A stretch of 64,000 nucleotides of DNA from Chloroflexota bacterium (lineage in GTDB: Bacteria > Chloroflexota > UBA11872 > UBA12225): positions 496 through 64,495 of the forward strand of contig DAOTTI010000137.1 in NCBI GenBank assembly GCA_034437795.1, written 5' to 3'. Both the position numbers and the translations under genes were made by a program. Positions 35,890 through 44,914 of the stretch are shown piece after piece. The notes beneath the pieces were generated by a model. The model was given only the letters and a program-made list of their open reading frames with translations, was not told the origin of the DNA and made no database searches. Every line of letters starts with the position of its first letter. The first letter of the stretch is position 1.

Positions 35890-35907
35890 TATCCCTGGAA
35901 CGGATGG

Positions 35908-36705
35908 ATGGCGGTGCGTCTCTACTGGGAAACCGGCAAGCGCCAGTTTCAGCAGCAGCTTGCCTACCGGACGGCCAACCTGGCGGGGCTGGTCACGAAC
36001 GGCTTCTTCGGCTATCTGCGCGCCGCCATCCTGCTGGCGGCCTTCGCCGGCCACGACGCCCTGGGAGGCTATCAGGCTGCCGACATCGTCACCTATACCT
36101 GGGTTACCCAGGGGCTGATCATGGTCGTCAGCCTGTGGGGCTGGAATGAGGTGGAGAAGACCATCCGTGACGGCAGCGTGGTGGCCGACCTGGCCAAGCC
36201 GTTCTCCTACCTGGGCTACTGGCTGGCGCGAGACTACGGGCGGCAGGCGTACTTCCTGCTCTTCCGCTGTCTCCCGATCCTGCTCCTTGGCCAGGTCTTG
36301 TTTGGCCTGCGGTGGCCAGAAGCGCCCCTGACCTGGCTGGCGGGCCTGGTCAGTGTCATCCTGGCGGTCACGGTCAGCTTCGCCTGGCGCTTCGCCCTCA
36401 ACCTGCTGGCGTTCTGGACGATCGATGCACGGGGGATCAGCGCCCTGGCCGGCTCGGCCGTGCTCTTTCTCAGTGGCTTCGTGATCCCCATTCGCCTGTT
36501 CCCCGACTGGCTGCGCCCCGTGGTGCTCGCGCTGCCGTTCGCCTCCATCATCCAGATCCCGTGTGACGTGTTCCTGGAGCGCTTTCAGGGCGCGGCGCTC
36601 CTGGGCGCACTGGGCCAGCAGGCGCTCTGGGCCGCGGTGATGCTCGGCGGCGCGCAGATGATGGTGGCGCTGGCCACGCGGCGCGTGATCACGCAGGGTG
36701 GCTGA
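35908..36705 (+). CDS. ABC-2 type transporter permease (COG4587-like)
   Basis: Six hydrophobic segments, first gene of a permease-permease-ATPase triplet. The family is assigned by architecture and context. Confidence 0.7.
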   Translation: MAVRLYWETGKRQFQQQLAYRTANLAGLVTNGFFGYLRAAILLAAFAGHDALGGYQAADIVTYTWVTQGLIMVVSLWGWNEVEKTIRDGSVVADLAKPFSYLGYWLARDYGRQAYFLLFRCLPILLLGQVLFGLRWPEAPLTWLAGLVSVILAVTVSFAWRFALNLLAFWTIDARGISALAGSAVLFLSGFVIPIRLFPDWLRPVVLALPFASIIQIPCDVFLERFQGAALLGALGQQALWAAVMLGGAQMMVALATRRVITQGG

Positions 36706-37591
36706 GCGCATGGGGACGCTGCTCGACGCACTGCACCGTCCGCAGGACGGAAGCGAGGTGGCTGAGCGCGTGGGGACCCTGCGCCGGCTGGCGGCCGACC
36801 TCGACCTCTACCGGCGTCTCGCCGGCGCCTACGTGCGCAGCGAGATGCAGTACAAGGTCTCGTTCTTCTGCCGGTTCTGGGCGGCCTTCCTGGGGAACAT
36901 CATCGACTTTGCTGCCCTGGCAGTCATCCTGAGCCGCATCGAGCGCCTGGCCGGCTGGTCGCTGGGCGAGGTGGCCCTGCTGTACGGGCTCTCCGCCGTC
37001 TGCTTCTCCGTTGCCGAGATGCTGGCGGGGGCGCTCGACGACTTCGACCAGCTGGTTCAGGGGGGCGGGTTCGACCGCCTGCTTATCCGCCCGCTGGGCA
37101 CCCTGTTCCAGGCCATGACGGAGGGCTTCAGCCTGCGCCGGCTGGGGCGGATGTCTCAAGGCCCGCTGGTGCTGTTCATCGCCCAGCGCGAGCTGGCGAT
37201 CCACTGGACGCCGGACAAGGCGCTGGTGCTCCTCGTGGCCCTCGCCAGCGGGGTCACCATCTTCTTCTCGATCTTCGTCCTGGGGGCGGTCTTCTGTTTC
37301 TGGATCGTCCAGGCCAAGGAGGCGACACACGTCTTCACCTACGGGGGCGACTTCCTGGCCAGCTATCCGCTAGACGTGTATCGGGGCTGGCTGCGGCACT
37401 TCGTCACCTTCGTCGTGCCCCTGGCCTTCGTCAACTATTACCCGGCGCTGTACCTCCTGGAGCGGCCGGACCCGCTCGGCCTGCCGCCCTGGACGCGCCT
37501 GCTGTCTCCCGTCGTCGCCGCGCTGATGGCCCTGCTGGCGTGGCGCGCCTGGAGCGCGGGCGTACGCCACTACCAGAGCACGGGGACGTAA
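36698..37591 (+). CDS. ABC-2 type transporter permease (COG3694-like)
   Basis: Hydrophobic multi-pass protein overlapping the previous stop by 8 nt. The start is ambiguous among GTG 36698, ATG 36710 and GTG 36758, because the first 22 nt are duplicated. Confidence 0.7.
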   Translation: MAERMGTLLDALHRPQDGSEVAERVGTLRRLAADLDLYRRLAGAYVRSEMQYKVSFFCRFWAAFLGNIIDFAALAVILSRIERLAGWSLGEVALLYGLSAVCFSVAEMLAGALDDFDQLVQGGGFDRLLIRPLGTLFQAMTEGFSLRRLGRMSQGPLVLFIAQRELAIHWTPDKALVLLVALASGVTIFFSIFVLGAVFCFWIVQAKEATHVFTYGGDFLASYPLDVYRGWLRHFVTFVVPLAFVNYYPALYLLERPDPLGLPPWTRLLSPVVAALMALLAWRAWSAGVRHYQSTGT

Positions 37592-37592
37592 G

Positions 37593-38582
37593 GTGCCACC
37601 CGTCATCCGCGTGGAAGCGCTTTCCAAGACGTTCCGTGTGGCGCGCCACCATCGTGGCGCGCTGGGCGCCATCCGCAACCTCTTCGAGCGCCGCTACACC
37701 GAGGTGCGGGCGGTGGCCGGCATTACGTTCTCTGTCGAGCGGGGCGAGATCGTCGGCTGCCTGGGCCCGAACGGCGCCGGCAAATCCACCACGATCAAGA
37801 TGCTCACTGGCATCCTGGTCCCCAGCGGTGGGCGGGTGGAGGTGCTGGGGATGGAGCCCTGGCGGCGGCGCAAGGAGGTGGCCAGGCGCATCGGCGTCGT
37901 CTTTGGCCAGCGCACGCAGTTGTGGTGGGACCTGCCCTTGATCGAGTCCTTCGACCTGCTGCGCTACATCTACCGCGTGCCCGCCGCGCGCTACGCGCAG
38001 AACCTGGATACCTTCCGCGCGCTGCTGGACCTCGATCCCTTCCTGAGTACGCCGGTGCGACAGCTCTCGCTCGGGCAGCGGATGCGGGGCGACCTGGCAG
38101 CCGCCTTACTCCACGATCCCGAGATCCTGTGTCTGGACGAACCGACCATTGGGCTGGATGTGGTGGCCAAGCACCGCATCCGCGAGTTCCTGCGCACGCT
38201 CAATCGCGAGCGGCGGGTGACCATCCTGCTCACGACGCACGATATGGCCGACGTGGAGCAACTCTGCTCGCGCATCCTGATCATCGACCACGGCAAGCTG
38301 CTTTACGATGGGGGATTGGAGCAGATCCGCGACCGGTTTGGCGGGGAGCGCACGCTGGTGGTCGACCTGGCGGAGAACGGGGTGGACGGCCCCCTGGAGG
38401 TGCCGCCGGCGCGCGAGGTGCGAGCCGATGGCCCGCGGCGCTGGCTCCGCTTCCACCGCGCGGAGGTCTCCGCCGCCGACCTGATCGCCGCCGTGGCTGG
38501 CCGCTACCGGCTGCAGGACCTGACCATCGAGGAGCCGGCGATTGAGGAGATTGTGCGCCGGATCTACGAGGAGGGCCTGTAG
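37593..38582 (+). CDS. ABC transporter ATP-binding protein (COG4586-like)
   Basis: Walker A is GPNGAGKST, the signature is LSLGQRMR, and Walker B is ILCLDEPTIGLD. A C-terminal extension of about 90 aa follows. Confidence 0.9.
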   Translation: MPPVIRVEALSKTFRVARHHRGALGAIRNLFERRYTEVRAVAGITFSVERGEIVGCLGPNGAGKSTTIKMLTGILVPSGGRVEVLGMEPWRRRKEVARRIGVVFGQRTQLWWDLPLIESFDLLRYIYRVPAARYAQNLDTFRALLDLDPFLSTPVRQLSLGQRMRGDLAAALLHDPEILCLDEPTIGLDVVAKHRIREFLRTLNRERRVTILLTTHDMADVEQLCSRILIIDHGKLLYDGGLEQIRDRFGGERTLVVDLAENGVDGPLEVPPAREVRADGPRRWLRFHRAEVSAADLIAAVAGRYRLQDLTIEEPAIEEIVRRIYEEGL

Positions 38583-38648
38583 CGCTCTCACGTCCAGGTC
38601 CGGCGGCGGCGCGGCGGTAAGGGGGCGAGGCGCAGGCCGTGCCGACCG

Positions 38649-39209
38649 TCAGGCGTTGCGCTGCTCCAGGTCCGAGCTACTCCCGGCCACGCCGTAGCCG
38701 ATCTGCTCCGGGCGGCGGTTGTCCACGTTGTAGGCGCCGTGCTTACGCAGAATGGCCCAGGCGTCGGCGTGGCGGCCGTCTACCTTCACCGTCACCAGGG
38801 TGCTGCCACCCTTCACCTCCTGGGCATACCAGCGGGCCTCTTCTTCCGGAATGCCCATCCCGGCTAGGGCCCCGGCGATGGCGCCCAGGCCGGCGCCAAG
38901 CACTGCGCCCGTCAAGGCACTGGCCAGCGCCCCCGCGACGATGAATGGCCCCACGCCCGGGATCAGGAGCGAACCGGCGCCCGCCACCCAGCCGGCGACC
39001 GCGCCGAGTAAGCCCCCGGCCACGGCGCCCGTCGTCGCGCCCGCCGTGACCGGCGCCTGCTCGTCCACCGGCAAGGTCTCGTCGGGGTGCTGGGCCAGGA
39101 TACTGACGTCCTGGCCGGCAAATCCCGCCTCCCGCAGGGCGTGCAGCGCCTCTTCCGCGTCAGACCGGGCGCGGAACAGACCCACTACGACAGTTCGGTC
39201 GCTTGCCAT
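38649..39209 (-). CDS. General stress protein 17M-like / Gly-zipper membrane protein
   Basis: RTVVGLFRARSDAEEALHALREAGFAGQDVSIL is followed by a glycine-zipper segment (GAVAGGLLGAVAGWVAGAG..). Then comes GIPEEEARWYAQEVKGGSTLVTV. GGAGGAACGCCG precedes ATG 39209. Confidence 0.65.
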   Translation of the reverse strand: MASDRTVVVGLFRARSDAEEALHALREAGFAGQDVSILAQHPDETLPVDEQAPVTAGATTGAVAGGLLGAVAGWVAGAGSLLIPGVGPFIVAGALASALTGAVLGAGLGAIAGALAGMGIPEEEARWYAQEVKGGSTLVTVKVDGRHADAWAILRKHGAYNVDNRRPEQIGYGVAGSSSDLEQRNA

Positions 39210-39321
39210 CGGCGTTCCTCCAGCAATCACGCCCGCGGCGCCCCACTGGCGCCGCGCCGCCTGTAGCTGCAGGTGCAGGTTGCGTGCCTGAGAGGCCCGC
39301 ATCGCGAGCCTAGCTTCTTCA

Positions 39322-39372
39322 CCCGTGGAGCCCTCACCCTGGCCCTCTCCCTTTTGGGAGACGGGACCCGTC
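39322..39372. repeat. Family-A hairpin (single copy)
   Basis: GTGGAGCCCTCACCCTGGCCCTCTCCCTTTTGGGAGACGGGACC. Confidence 0.8.
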
Positions 39373-39576
39373 GCTGGCCGGGAAGGAACCAGGTTCGCTC
39401 AGATGATGTGGATGCCAGCGCTCCGTGCACGCCGCGCGGGGCGGGCTGCTTTGCGCCCGGCTGGCGGGCTCGCCGTTTCGGTCGGCGGCGCCGGCCGCCG
39501 TGCGTGATCAGGTAGGCTTCTGTCAGTGAGCAGCTTGGTCGAGCCAGCGGGGGCCGTGAGCAGTGCGCCCCCGGCC

Positions 39577-40995
39577 ATGGGCGCCGGTCGTCCCCAGCGC
39601 ACCGCCATCCTGGGAGGCGGGGCGCTGGGGCTGACGGTCGCGTTGCGCCTGGCGCAGCAGGGCCAGCCGGTCGTGGTGCTGGAGCGAGAGCCAGTGGCCG
39701 GCGGCCTGGCGGCGGGGTTCCAGCCGGCGCCCGAGCTGCCCGACGGCGGGCCATTTCTCGAGAAGTTCTACCACCATCTCTTCCGTTCCGATACTGCCAT
39801 TACCGCGCTGATCGAGGAACTCGGTCTGGGCTCGCGCCTAGTGTGGCCGAGGCCGGTCAACGCCTTGCTGTGGCAGGGGCGTATCTGGCAGCCGTACACC
39901 TTGACCGGGCTGCTGCGCTTTGCGCCGCTGCCGCTGGCGGACCGCCTGCGCATGGGCGTCGTCCTGGCCTATCTCAAGGCCCAGCGCAACTACCGGCAGT
40001 TCGAAGGGCAGACGGCGCACCACTGGCTGCGCCGGTGGATGGGAGCGCGCGCCTATGACCTGTTCTGGGCGCCCCTGCTGCGCGCCAAGTTCGGCGACCG
40101 GTACGACCAGGTGGCGATGCCCTGGTTCTGGGCGCGCATCCATTACCGCAGCTTTGCCCTTGGCTACCTGAAGGGAGGGTTCCAGACCCTGTACGACGCC
40201 CTGGTGGCGGAGATCCGCCGCCTGGGCGGGGAGGTGCTGCTGGGGCAGGAGGTGGTCGCGGTGCGCCATGACCCGCCTCGCTCGGACGGCGCCGGCGCCG
40301 CGGGCCGGTCGGAGCAAAGCCAGTCGGAGGAGGGGCAGTGGCTGGTCACCTGGCGCGACGTCGCGCAGTGTCCGCGGGCCGGCTGTGGTCAGGAGACCCG
40401 GCGCTTTGTCCGCGTGGTCTCCACCCTGCCGGTGCGCCTGACCATCCGCCTGGCGCCGCAGCTGCCGGAAGACTACCGCCGGCGCTACGACTGGGGCGAG
40501 GCCTACGGGGCGCACTGCCTGGTGCTGGCCCTGGATCGCGCGCTCCTGCCTCGGCCGGTGTACTGGCTGAACGTCAACGATCCCGGGTATCCGTTCCTGG
40601 TGGTGGTGGAGCACACCCATTATCTGCCTGCGGAGGAGTACGGCGGGCGCCATCTCGTCTACCTGGGCAACTACCTGCCCATGGACCACCCGCTCTTCCA
40701 GATGACCAAGAAGGAGGTGCTGGCCGAGTTCCTGCCGGCCCTGCGCCGTCTCAACCCGGCCTTCAGCGAGGACTGGGTCCGCGAGAGCTGGTCGTTCAGC
40801 GCGCCCTACGCCCAGCCGATCGTGACCCGCGACTATGCGCAACACATCCCGCCGCTGAAGGCGCCCCTGCCTGGCCTGTGGATCGGGAGCATGTTCCAGG
40901 TGTACCCGCAGGACCGCGGGCAGAACTACTCGGTCGCCCTGGCCAATCGGCTGGCGCGGGCGATCCTGGACGAGGGGCAGGCAGCTCGCAGGTAA
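39577..40995 (+). CDS. FAD/NAD(P)-dependent oxidoreductase (amine oxidase / phytoene desaturase-like fold)
   Basis: RTAILGGGALGLTVALRLAQQGQPVVVLEREPVAGGLA is the dinucleotide-binding motif. The substrate is unknown. The longer GTG 39526 start is also possible. Confidence 0.75.
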   Translation: MGAGRPQRTAILGGGALGLTVALRLAQQGQPVVVLEREPVAGGLAAGFQPAPELPDGGPFLEKFYHHLFRSDTAITALIEELGLGSRLVWPRPVNALLWQGRIWQPYTLTGLLRFAPLPLADRLRMGVVLAYLKAQRNYRQFEGQTAHHWLRRWMGARAYDLFWAPLLRAKFGDRYDQVAMPWFWARIHYRSFALGYLKGGFQTLYDALVAEIRRLGGEVLLGQEVVAVRHDPPRSDGAGAAGRSEQSQSEEGQWLVTWRDVAQCPRAGCGQETRRFVRVVSTLPVRLTIRLAPQLPEDYRRRYDWGEAYGAHCLVLALDRALLPRPVYWLNVNDPGYPFLVVVEHTHYLPAEEYGGRHLVYLGNYLPMDHPLFQMTKKEVLAEFLPALRRLNPAFSEDWVRESWSFSAPYAQPIVTRDYAQHIPPLKAPLPGLWIGSMFQVYPQDRGQNYSVALANRLARAILDEGQAARR

Positions 40996-41007
40996 GGGCA
41001 TCCACAC

Positions 41008-41394
41008 GTGCTTCCACCCCATCACGCCATGCTGGCGGCGACGGCCGCCGTACCGCTGGCCGGCCGCGGCTGGCGCCGGCTCGACCTGGCCACGTTCCTG
41101 GCCGGGGCGGTGCTGATCGACATCGACCATTACCTGGGCTATGTCTGGGAGACGGGCGATTTCTCCCTGCTCCGCGCGTACCGCTACCATCGCGACCAGT
41201 ATCGCCGGCCGCGCCGCTGGCGTTTCCAGCCCCACTGGCCGCCGCTGGGGATCCACCGCATGCGCCTCTTTCACTCCGTCCCGGTCCTGGCCGGCGTCTT
41301 TGCGCTCAGCCTGGTCTGGCCTCGCCTGCGCCCGCTGGCCTGGGGCATGCTCCTGCACCGCGCGCAGGACGAAGCCTGGGGCATGTTCGAGTAA
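41008..41394 (+). CDS. Hypothetical small membrane protein (possible YdjM/DUF457-like metal-dependent hydrolase)
   Basis: GAVLIDIDHYLGYVW..HRMRLFHSVPVLAGVFALSLVW. The match is weak. Confidence 0.4.
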   Translation: MLPPHHAMLAATAAVPLAGRGWRRLDLATFLAGAVLIDIDHYLGYVWETGDFSLLRAYRYHRDQYRRPRRWRFQPHWPPLGIHRMRLFHSVPVLAGVFALSLVWPRLRPLAWGMLLHRAQDEAWGMFE

Positions 41395-41543
41395 TGTCTC
41401 GGCTCTTGTGCGGCGCTCGTGCGGGCTGGCAGATGCTGCACGAGGCCGTGGCAGGTTGGGGGAGGCCGGCCATGGGCTGCGCGGTCCGGACGCGGTGGCA
41501 TTGTTGCGCGCCCTGTCGCACCCCCGAGGAGGCCAGGTGAGCG

Positions 41544-42752
41544 ATGCGGATCGAACGGATAGAGGTCGTGGCGGTGCGCGTCAGCCCGCCTCCGGAGCAG
41601 GCGGCGCTGCGCGCCCTTAGGGGCGAATGGATCCTGGTCGCCATCCATAGCGAGATTGGCCTTGCAGGGTACGGCGAGGCGACCCACTCCGGGGACGACC
41701 AGGCCGTGTCGGCGCTCATTCGCCAGGCCGGCGCACGCCACCTCGCGGGCTGGGAGCTGTCGCTGGACGGCGAGCCGCAGCTCGCCCGCCACGGCGTTCG
41801 GCCTCGGCCGGCCGCGCACTGGCTTGAGACCGTGTTTGCGCCCGGTGGCGGGCGCGTTGCGGCCACGGCCCTGAGCGCGATGGAGCAGGCGTTGTGGGAC
41901 CTGGCGGCGCGAGGCGCCGGCCGGCCGCTGCACGTGGCGCTGGCTCAGCCAGGGGAGCGCCGCGCGGCTGGCGCACCGGCGGCGGTCCCGCTTTACGCCA
42001 CCCTCAACCGCGGGATCTTCGACCGCACGCCGGAAGGCTTTGCCGCGGCCGCGCGGCGCGCCGTGGCGGAAGGCTTTCGAGCGGTGAAGTGCGCGCCCTT
42101 TGACGGCGTGGCGCGCGGCGGGGGCCCGAGCGCTGAGCGAGAAGCCGCGGTTGCGGTGGGGCTGGAACGGGTGGCCGCCGTGCGGGAGGCGATCGGTGCT
42201 GCGGTCGAGCTGATGGTGGACTGCCACGGCCGCTTCAGTGAAGGGGAGGCCGTCCAGGTGGCGCGGCGCCTGGAGCCGTTCCGGCTGCGCTGGCTGGAGG
42301 AGCCGGTGCCGTTCGACCCCGATCCCGCGCCCCTGGCCCGAGTGCGCCGGATGGCGCCCATGCCCATCGCGGCCGGCGAGCTGCTCTTTGGCGTCGAGGG
42401 GTTCCGCCCCCTGCTTGAGCACGGCGCCGCGGATGTGATCATGCCCGACGTCAAGCACTGCGGCGGCCTGGCAGCGGCGCACGCCATCGCCGGCCTGGCC
42501 GCCGACTACGGGGTGGCGGTCGCGCCCCACAATCCGAGCGGCCCTCTCTCCACCCTGGCCAGCGCGCACCTGTGCGCCGCCCTGGCCAATGCCCCCCTGC
42601 TCGAATACGCCTGGGGTGAGGTCCCCTGGCGGGCCAGCCTGTTGCGGCCGCCGGAGCGGGTCGCCGGCGGGGCGCTCCACCTGCCGGCCGGCCCCGGCCT
42701 CGGGGCGGCGGTCGATGGCACGGTGCTCGCGGCGCGCCGCGCCGAGGGCTGA
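41544..42752 (+). CDS. Enolase-superfamily enzyme (mandelate racemase / muconate lactonizing enzyme family)
   Basis: MRIERIEVVAVRV..AMEQALWDLAARGAGRPLH..VKCAPFD..MVDCHGRF..RWLEEPVP..MPDVKHCGG. GAGGAGG lies upstream. Confidence 0.8.
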   Translation: MRIERIEVVAVRVSPPPEQAALRALRGEWILVAIHSEIGLAGYGEATHSGDDQAVSALIRQAGARHLAGWELSLDGEPQLARHGVRPRPAAHWLETVFAPGGGRVAATALSAMEQALWDLAARGAGRPLHVALAQPGERRAAGAPAAVPLYATLNRGIFDRTPEGFAAAARRAVAEGFRAVKCAPFDGVARGGGPSAEREAAVAVGLERVAAVREAIGAAVELMVDCHGRFSEGEAVQVARRLEPFRLRWLEEPVPFDPDPAPLARVRRMAPMPIAAGELLFGVEGFRPLLEHGAADVIMPDVKHCGGLAAAHAIAGLAADYGVAVAPHNPSGPLSTLASAHLCAALANAPLLEYAWGEVPWRASLLRPPERVAGGALHLPAGPGLGAAVDGTVLAARRAEG

Positions 42753-42838
42753 GGGCCGCGTGGCGTGGCCGTCGCCGGCCCAACGGGCTCTCACCGCACC
42801 GTTCCCATGCGTCGCCGGTTACGGGCGATACTGTAGCT

Positions 42839-43852
42839 ATGGAGCCGCTCCACGGCGTTGACTACCGCGAGGCGGAAGCGGACGACTGGCCGGCCATTGG
42901 CGCGCTGATCGGGCGGACGCCGGACGAGGCGGCGCAGCTACGACGGCAGCTCCAGCAGGGTTACGACCCCTGGTTCGCCCACGTGGCGACCACCGTGGCC
43001 ACGACGGTGCCGGTCGCGCCCGGTGCTGGCGCCCCGCAGCGCCTGGCCGGCGTGGTCGTGGCGGGGGTGCCTCGCGGCGCCGGCGCGGCAGTAGCCGGCG
43101 AGCCAGGCGAGCAGCGCGAGGTGCGCGTCCTGTGGCTGGAGGTCGCTCCCAGCCTCCGCCGGCAGGGGATCGGCACACGGTTGCTGGAGCTGGCCCTCGA
43201 CGACGCCCGCGCGCATGGCGTACGGCGCGCCGCGCTGCTCGTCGACGCGACCCAGTTCGAGGCCCTGGCGCTCTTCCGGAAGCTCGGCTTTCAGATCGAG
43301 AGCGAGACCCTGGCCCTCGTCCTGGGCCCAGAACCCGCTCGTGCCGTCGCCGGCGCCCAGCCTGAGCCGGAGGCAGGGGCGACGCTACGGCCCCTGACGC
43401 TTGACGACGTCCCGCAGCTGGCGGGGCTGCTGATCGAGCTGGGGGTGGAGCGGGCCGCCCGCCCGCACGATGACCTTACGGCGCTGACCCCCAGCGAGGT
43501 GGAGTACTGGCTGCAGCAGGCGCCGACGGTGGCGTACGCCGCCTGGGAGCAGCGTGACCCACAGACGGCGCTGGGCCTGGCGTGGGCCTCCCGCCGCCGG
43601 AACGACGCGGTGCTGCGCTTCATCGGTGTGCACGACGACGCGCGCCGGCGCGGCATCGGGCGGGCGCTGCTCGGCGCGCTGGTGGAGGGACTGGCCCGGC
43701 CCCCGGCGGCCGGCGGGCCAGGCGCGGGCCACGCGGGGCGCTACCGACCCCTGCGCGCGCAGCTGCACGACGCGGGCGATGAGCGTGAGTTCTTCCGCCG
43801 GATCGGCTTTGCGGCGGAGCGGATCACGTACGAGATGGCCCGGTCCCTCTAG
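42839..43852 (+). CDS. Tandem GNAT-domain N-acetyltransferase
   Basis: LEVAPSLRRQGIGTRLLELALDDAR and IGVHDDARRRGIGRALLGALVE are two Q/RxxGxG/A acetyl-CoA motifs. Confidence 0.8.
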   Translation: MEPLHGVDYREAEADDWPAIGALIGRTPDEAAQLRRQLQQGYDPWFAHVATTVATTVPVAPGAGAPQRLAGVVVAGVPRGAGAAVAGEPGEQREVRVLWLEVAPSLRRQGIGTRLLELALDDARAHGVRRAALLVDATQFEALALFRKLGFQIESETLALVLGPEPARAVAGAQPEPEAGATLRPLTLDDVPQLAGLLIELGVERAARPHDDLTALTPSEVEYWLQQAPTVAYAAWEQRDPQTALGLAWASRRRNDAVLRFIGVHDDARRRGIGRALLGALVEGLARPPAAGGPGAGHAGRYRPLRAQLHDAGDEREFFRRIGFAAERITYEMARSL

Positions 43853-44240
43853 CCTTGTAGGCTCAGCGGCCGGCTTCGCGTGGTCGCGCGGGAGCCGCTC
43901 GGCGTGGCAGCCGATCGCGCCCTGCCGCGCGGGCCCTCCCGTCCATCGGTGAGCGCTCACCCATGGTGCCCACGGCATCTATGGCGCGCTCACCGGAAGG
44001 GCAGCGGTAGCGGGCTGTGCGCCGCGGATGGGGGCATCAGGCGGCGCCGTTCTCGCGGCTCCTGGCCCGAGCTCCACGACTGGCGGGGACACAATCTGGC
44101 GGGGCCGTCCAGACCGCGGAAGGAGCTGCCCTACCTGCCTTCCCTTCTCCGTCCAGACGTAGTACACTGGGGACAGGCGCCATCCGCGCGAGGCAGCGCG
44201 GGGAGGCGCGATACAACGAAGTTCTGTCCAGGAGCGAGCA

Positions 44241-44540
44241 ATGGCGCTTGCCTATACTGAGAGCGAATCTGGCCCGCGCACGGCAGCCGCGCAACCTTCC
44301 CCGCACGCAGGACCGGGGCAGTTCACACCTGCTGAGCCGTTTGTCCTCCATCCCGTCGAGCTTCGCCAGCTCTGGCAGGCCTATCGCGACCTGCTGGAGC
44401 TGCACCACCACGAAGTGGTCAACGACGAGGACTTTGAGGACGCGCACCGGCTGCTGGTGGAGCAGGTGCTGCCGCTGCGGGCCATCCTGCGGGCGCAAGA
44501 GCGGCTGGTGGTGGATCCCAGCGTCGAGCTGACCTATTGA
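44241..44540 (+). CDS. Hypothetical protein (99 aa)
   Basis: AGGAG lies 6 nt upstream of the ATG. GC3 bias is good. No motif is recognised. Confidence 0.45.
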   Translation: MALAYTESESGPRTAAAQPSPHAGPGQFTPAEPFVLHPVELRQLWQAYRDLLELHHHEVVNDEDFEDAHRLLVEQVLPLRAILRAQERLVVDPSVELTY

Positions 44541-44625
44541 GCGACTGTGCAACGCTGCGCCGCAGCGACGCGCCGCCACGAACGGGGTACAGCTTCCCGC
44601 TTCCTGGCCCTGGCTTCTGCGTGAG

Positions 44626-44808
44626 TGAAGCCCTCACCCTCTCACAGGGAGAGGGAATTGGTAGGCAGGGCCCTCACCCTCCCTTTGGGAGCGGGGACTT
44701 GAGGCGGAACCCTCACCCTAACCCTCTCCACAGAGAGAGGGAGACATGTCCAGCGAGGCGGCCGTCTGGGCCGGGCCCTAACTCTCTCCCTGTGGGAGAG
44801 GGAACTGA
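44626..44808. repeat. Family-A hairpins (4 copies)
   Basis: GAAGCCCTCACCCTCTCACAGGGAGAGGGAA, GGGCCCTCACCCTCCCTTTGGGAGCGGGGAC, GAACCCTCACCCTAACCCTCTCCACAGAGAGAGGGAG, and GGGCCCTAACTCTCTCCCTGTGGGAGAGGGAAC. Confidence 0.85.
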
Positions 44809-44914
44809 ACAGAGCGCGTCCGGAAGAGTTGGTTGCACTCCCAGGGAAGCGAGCCTTTTTCGGCGCCCCGGCCGCAGGCTACACTGTGCCACGTGAGAAC
44901 GTGGAAACGTGGCC

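Noticed and set aside
44095-44135. An SRP-RNA-like GGAA tetraloop motif (GTCCAGACCGCGGAAGGAGCTGCC) in the 390-bp gap before 44241.
   Set aside because: The closing base pairs and the conserved AGCAGCC / GGUCAGGUCC context of domain IV do not fit, and no extended helix can be drawn.
44821-44914. A preQ1 riboswitch upstream of the VUT transporter.
   Set aside because: I could not find the preQ1-I hairpin plus A-rich tail, nor the preQ1-II consensus. Only the ACGTG triplet is reported, as a low-interest finding.
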